Source: Azolla caroliniana (Eukaryota; Plantae; Polypodiophyta). Taken from it: a stretch of 64,000 nt of DNA. The DNA lies in NCBI GenBank assembly GCA_043228905.1, contig JBHGNT010000015.1:12276001-12340000 (forward strand). The letters are read 5' to 3'. The notes under the pieces were generated by a model that did not search any database, was not told the origin of the DNA, and saw nothing but the letters and a program-made list of their open reading frames with translations. The translations under genes were made by a program, and so were the position numbers. Below are positions 61,401 through 64,000 of this stretch, one piece after another (positions within the stretch are counted from its first letter, which is position 1; every line of letters starts with the position of its first letter).

Positions 61401-62846
61401 AGTCCAGGTTTTCTGTAGTAAAAACATGTGAGTTTTCTTTTGGACTTGGACTTGAAATGAGTCTTGTCTCTCTTTTGTGGACTTTTGTGTTTACTTCTTC
61501 CTCTTCCGGGATATTGTGCCACATTTGCTTCCGACTGGGATAGGACACCCTTGTCCTTCCTTCTTGTTTCCTTGTAATGTTTAGGATACTTGTCTTTACC
61601 ACTTGTAAAGACAAATTCTCTTCTTGGCACGAGGCACTAAGACACCACCAAGTTCTCCTAGTTGTCTGGCAGGGTACACAACAACAATACGGCCTGTAGA
61701 GCGTCGTCTAATGGAAACTTCACCGCCGCAAGATGAAATTCACTAACCCCATAAAGGTGTTAATGTGTACAAGAATGCTTTCTCCATCTCTATACCTCAG
61801 TCTCACAATCTTTCTTATAAGAGAAGCTTTGTTGAGGGCATTCTTCCTTTTATAAAAGCCTGACAGTTTGTGCCATAGGTCGTAGGCATTTGTGTCATTA
61901 GCCACATACTATAGGAAACTCACGTCTACACACTGTCTAGTAGTGGCCACTGCCTTCTTGTTCAGTATCTTCCATTCAGACTCTAACACACCTATGGGTA
62001 TCTCTTTCTTATCTATGGGCTCATATAAGTCTCTAACTATCAGGAGATCTACCATCTTGATCTTCCAGTTTGAGTAGTTGTGGGAGTTAAGGACTATCAT
62101 TCTTGGAAAACCATTCACACCTCCTTCCATCCCTGCATCTCTTGCTCTGATACCAGTTAGATGAATTTAGGACTGTAGATAGAAGAGAAAGATAGATTGA
62201 ACAAATACAAAACAGAATACAAAATACATAATGCACACTTGTTTACCTGGAAACCCTATAAGAGGGAAAGTACCACGAAGCAACATATTTTCACTATAAA
62301 TCGGAGATACAAGAGGAAAAACAGATTACAAAGCTTTGCAGATTAGAGTATCCACCACTTAGGGTTTTAGTGGGAAGTATACCTCACTATGCCTTCCTTC
62401 TCTCACTCTTATCTCCTTCATACTCTCTTTGTATACAATGCTCTACACCCTACTACATAAAGTTTGTTCTAGGTCCACATATTTATAGAAGGAATAAGTT
62501 ATTATTATTATATTATAATAACAGTAGTTAATCGTCCGACGGGTTGAATCGACTATCCAACCTACAAACGATAGTCTAGTCGATTCAACAACTGACTCCT
62601 ATGTCATCGATCGACCTATCCCTCACTTGGTTCATCTAACCAATAAATTCAACCTCCAAATTGATCCATCCCCAAATCGTCTCTCTCTCTCTGGTTGATT
62701 TGGTCGACCCGACTGGTCGACTCTTCATTTGCCCCACTCAATCGACCTCCAAGTCGACTCGTTGGTCAATCCGACCGACCGACCCGATTTCGACTTCTCC
62801 CAATCAACAACCGACTTCTAACATTAGGAGGGATAGAATCCTGACA
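57949..62846 (-). mobile_element. Element M: older, internally deleted Tork-like copia with a rearranged 3' LTR
   Basis: 5' LTR 62159-62846; 3' LTR 58418-59001 plus its inverted tip at 57949-58054; PBS at 62144-62155; PPT from 59002; TSD CTTGT (62847-62851; inverted copy 58055-58059); gag/INT/RT/RH fragments. Confidence 0.9.
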
Positions 62847-63035
62847 CTTGTGACATGGTTGGGTTTCTCTTCTACGATGTGCATCTTTTACCAAGAACTG
62901 AATATGAAGATGAGGAATCAGTGTATACATATGGCAATGGAACACGCAATTATGTTACCGCTTATATATTGTTATGGCAAAGGGCAAAGGACATGTAGGC
63001 TTGCCAAACTATATGTCATGATGTAATTGACTCTA

Positions 63036-63130
63036 AGTTCTCTTTGTTCAAAGTTGTCTAGTATGTGTCTCCATGAATTAAAGTTCTCTTTGTTCAAAGT
63101 TGTCTAGTATGTGTCTCTATGAATTAAAGT
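63036..63130. repeat. ~46-bp tandem duplication
   Basis: AAGTTCTCTTTGTTCAAAGTTGTCTAGTATGTGTCTCYATGAATTA twice. Confidence 0.85.
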
Positions 63131-63327
63131 AATAATAATTGTCCATCAATTGTGTTCTCATATCTCATATACAATACAACATTCTTGTTGTGAATCTTTT
63201 ACTTGTAATTGCTCTTTTTGAATCTTGGTATTGATTCCCTCAACCTTGTGGATGTTCTATAGATTCTACAATTGACTTCTTGTGAATCATAAAAGCAATA
63301 TAATTGTGCATCAACGGTGTTGCCATC

Positions 63328-64000
63328 TGTTGAGCGACAAGCTCAACTGGAGCTGGATCAGCTGAATAAGCCTGAGCCGGCAAGCGAGACGGATCGGTAA
63401 GTTGTGAGCAACCAAGCGGGCAAGCAACAGAGCCAGTGAGCTGGGGAGCCGGTTAGCCGGATCCAATAAGTAACCGGAAGCCTAGTATTAGCGTAGACTA
63501 CTAGGCAATTATAGTCTCGTAGTAAGTGTCAGATGCTCGTGTGAGCATTGAAGTACGCGGTACTTCTGTCAGTCCCACGAGGACTTGTATAAATAATGCT
63601 ACTGAGCATAGTTGTATGTACAAAGTGTTTTTATTGTTTTTGAATATAGCCTTGAAGTTCTGCTCTCTCTGTCTCTCCCGTGTACTCTGTGTATTCCCTA
63701 CCTTCTTTGTTTTCTAACGCTTCCGCAAGTAATCGTTTACATGGTATCAAAGCGCGAGGGTTGAGAACCTTTGCAACCGACAAACGCTTAAAAGCAAACC
63801 CTAACAGGTCGTAAAACAGCAGATAGAGAAGTGATGGATAGAGGGATGGCTAGCTCGCTCCCTGTGGAGAAACCCAACAGATCCAACTATGCATCTTGGT
63901 CGTATAAGATGCACCAGTACCTTCTTGGGCATGGCTACTGGAGTTTCGTCGAAGGAGCCAACGAAACAACACCTGATGCGGCACATAAGGACTTCCCAGT
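63328..64000 (+). mobile_element. Element O: 5' end of a copia related to A
   Basis: LTR 63328-63741; PBS TGGTATCAAAGC at 63742-63753; gag from 63834 (SLPVEK..NYASWSYKMHQYLLGHGYW) runs off the window. Confidence 0.9.

Overview
Retrotransposon nest from a eukaryotic genome, probably a non-seed land plant (inferred from the element types); no host gene is recognisable. About 20 insertions can be resolved by LTR pairs, primer-binding sites (PBS), polypurine tracts (PPT) and target-site duplications (TSD); letters are my own labels. (1) An old AT-rich Ty1/copia (B, 1-~20410) carries copia A (with a solo LTR inside it) and Tork-like copia C (with the younger relative J inside it). (2) A gypsy LTR (G) carries a self-priming chromovirus (D), whose 3' LTR carries solo LTR L. 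(3) A full-length L1-type LINE (31960-44314) is interrupted by an intact, very young copia K. (4) A decayed gypsy (N) has its gag hit by a young, non-autonomous, tRNA-Trp-primed element (H) and a related solo LTR (I). (5) An older copia (M) has a 348-bp fold-back inverted duplication at its 3' end, and copia O starts at the right edge. The most notable signal is a tRNA-like RNA polymerase III cassette (A-box plus B-box at tRNA spacing), antisense to the element, in all LTRs of the Trp-primed family and in one unrelated chromovirus LTR. Also notable are a covarying stem enclosing the PPT in five copia elements and an 11-nt self-priming site in D. Coordinates were read by eye and may be off by a few bases.
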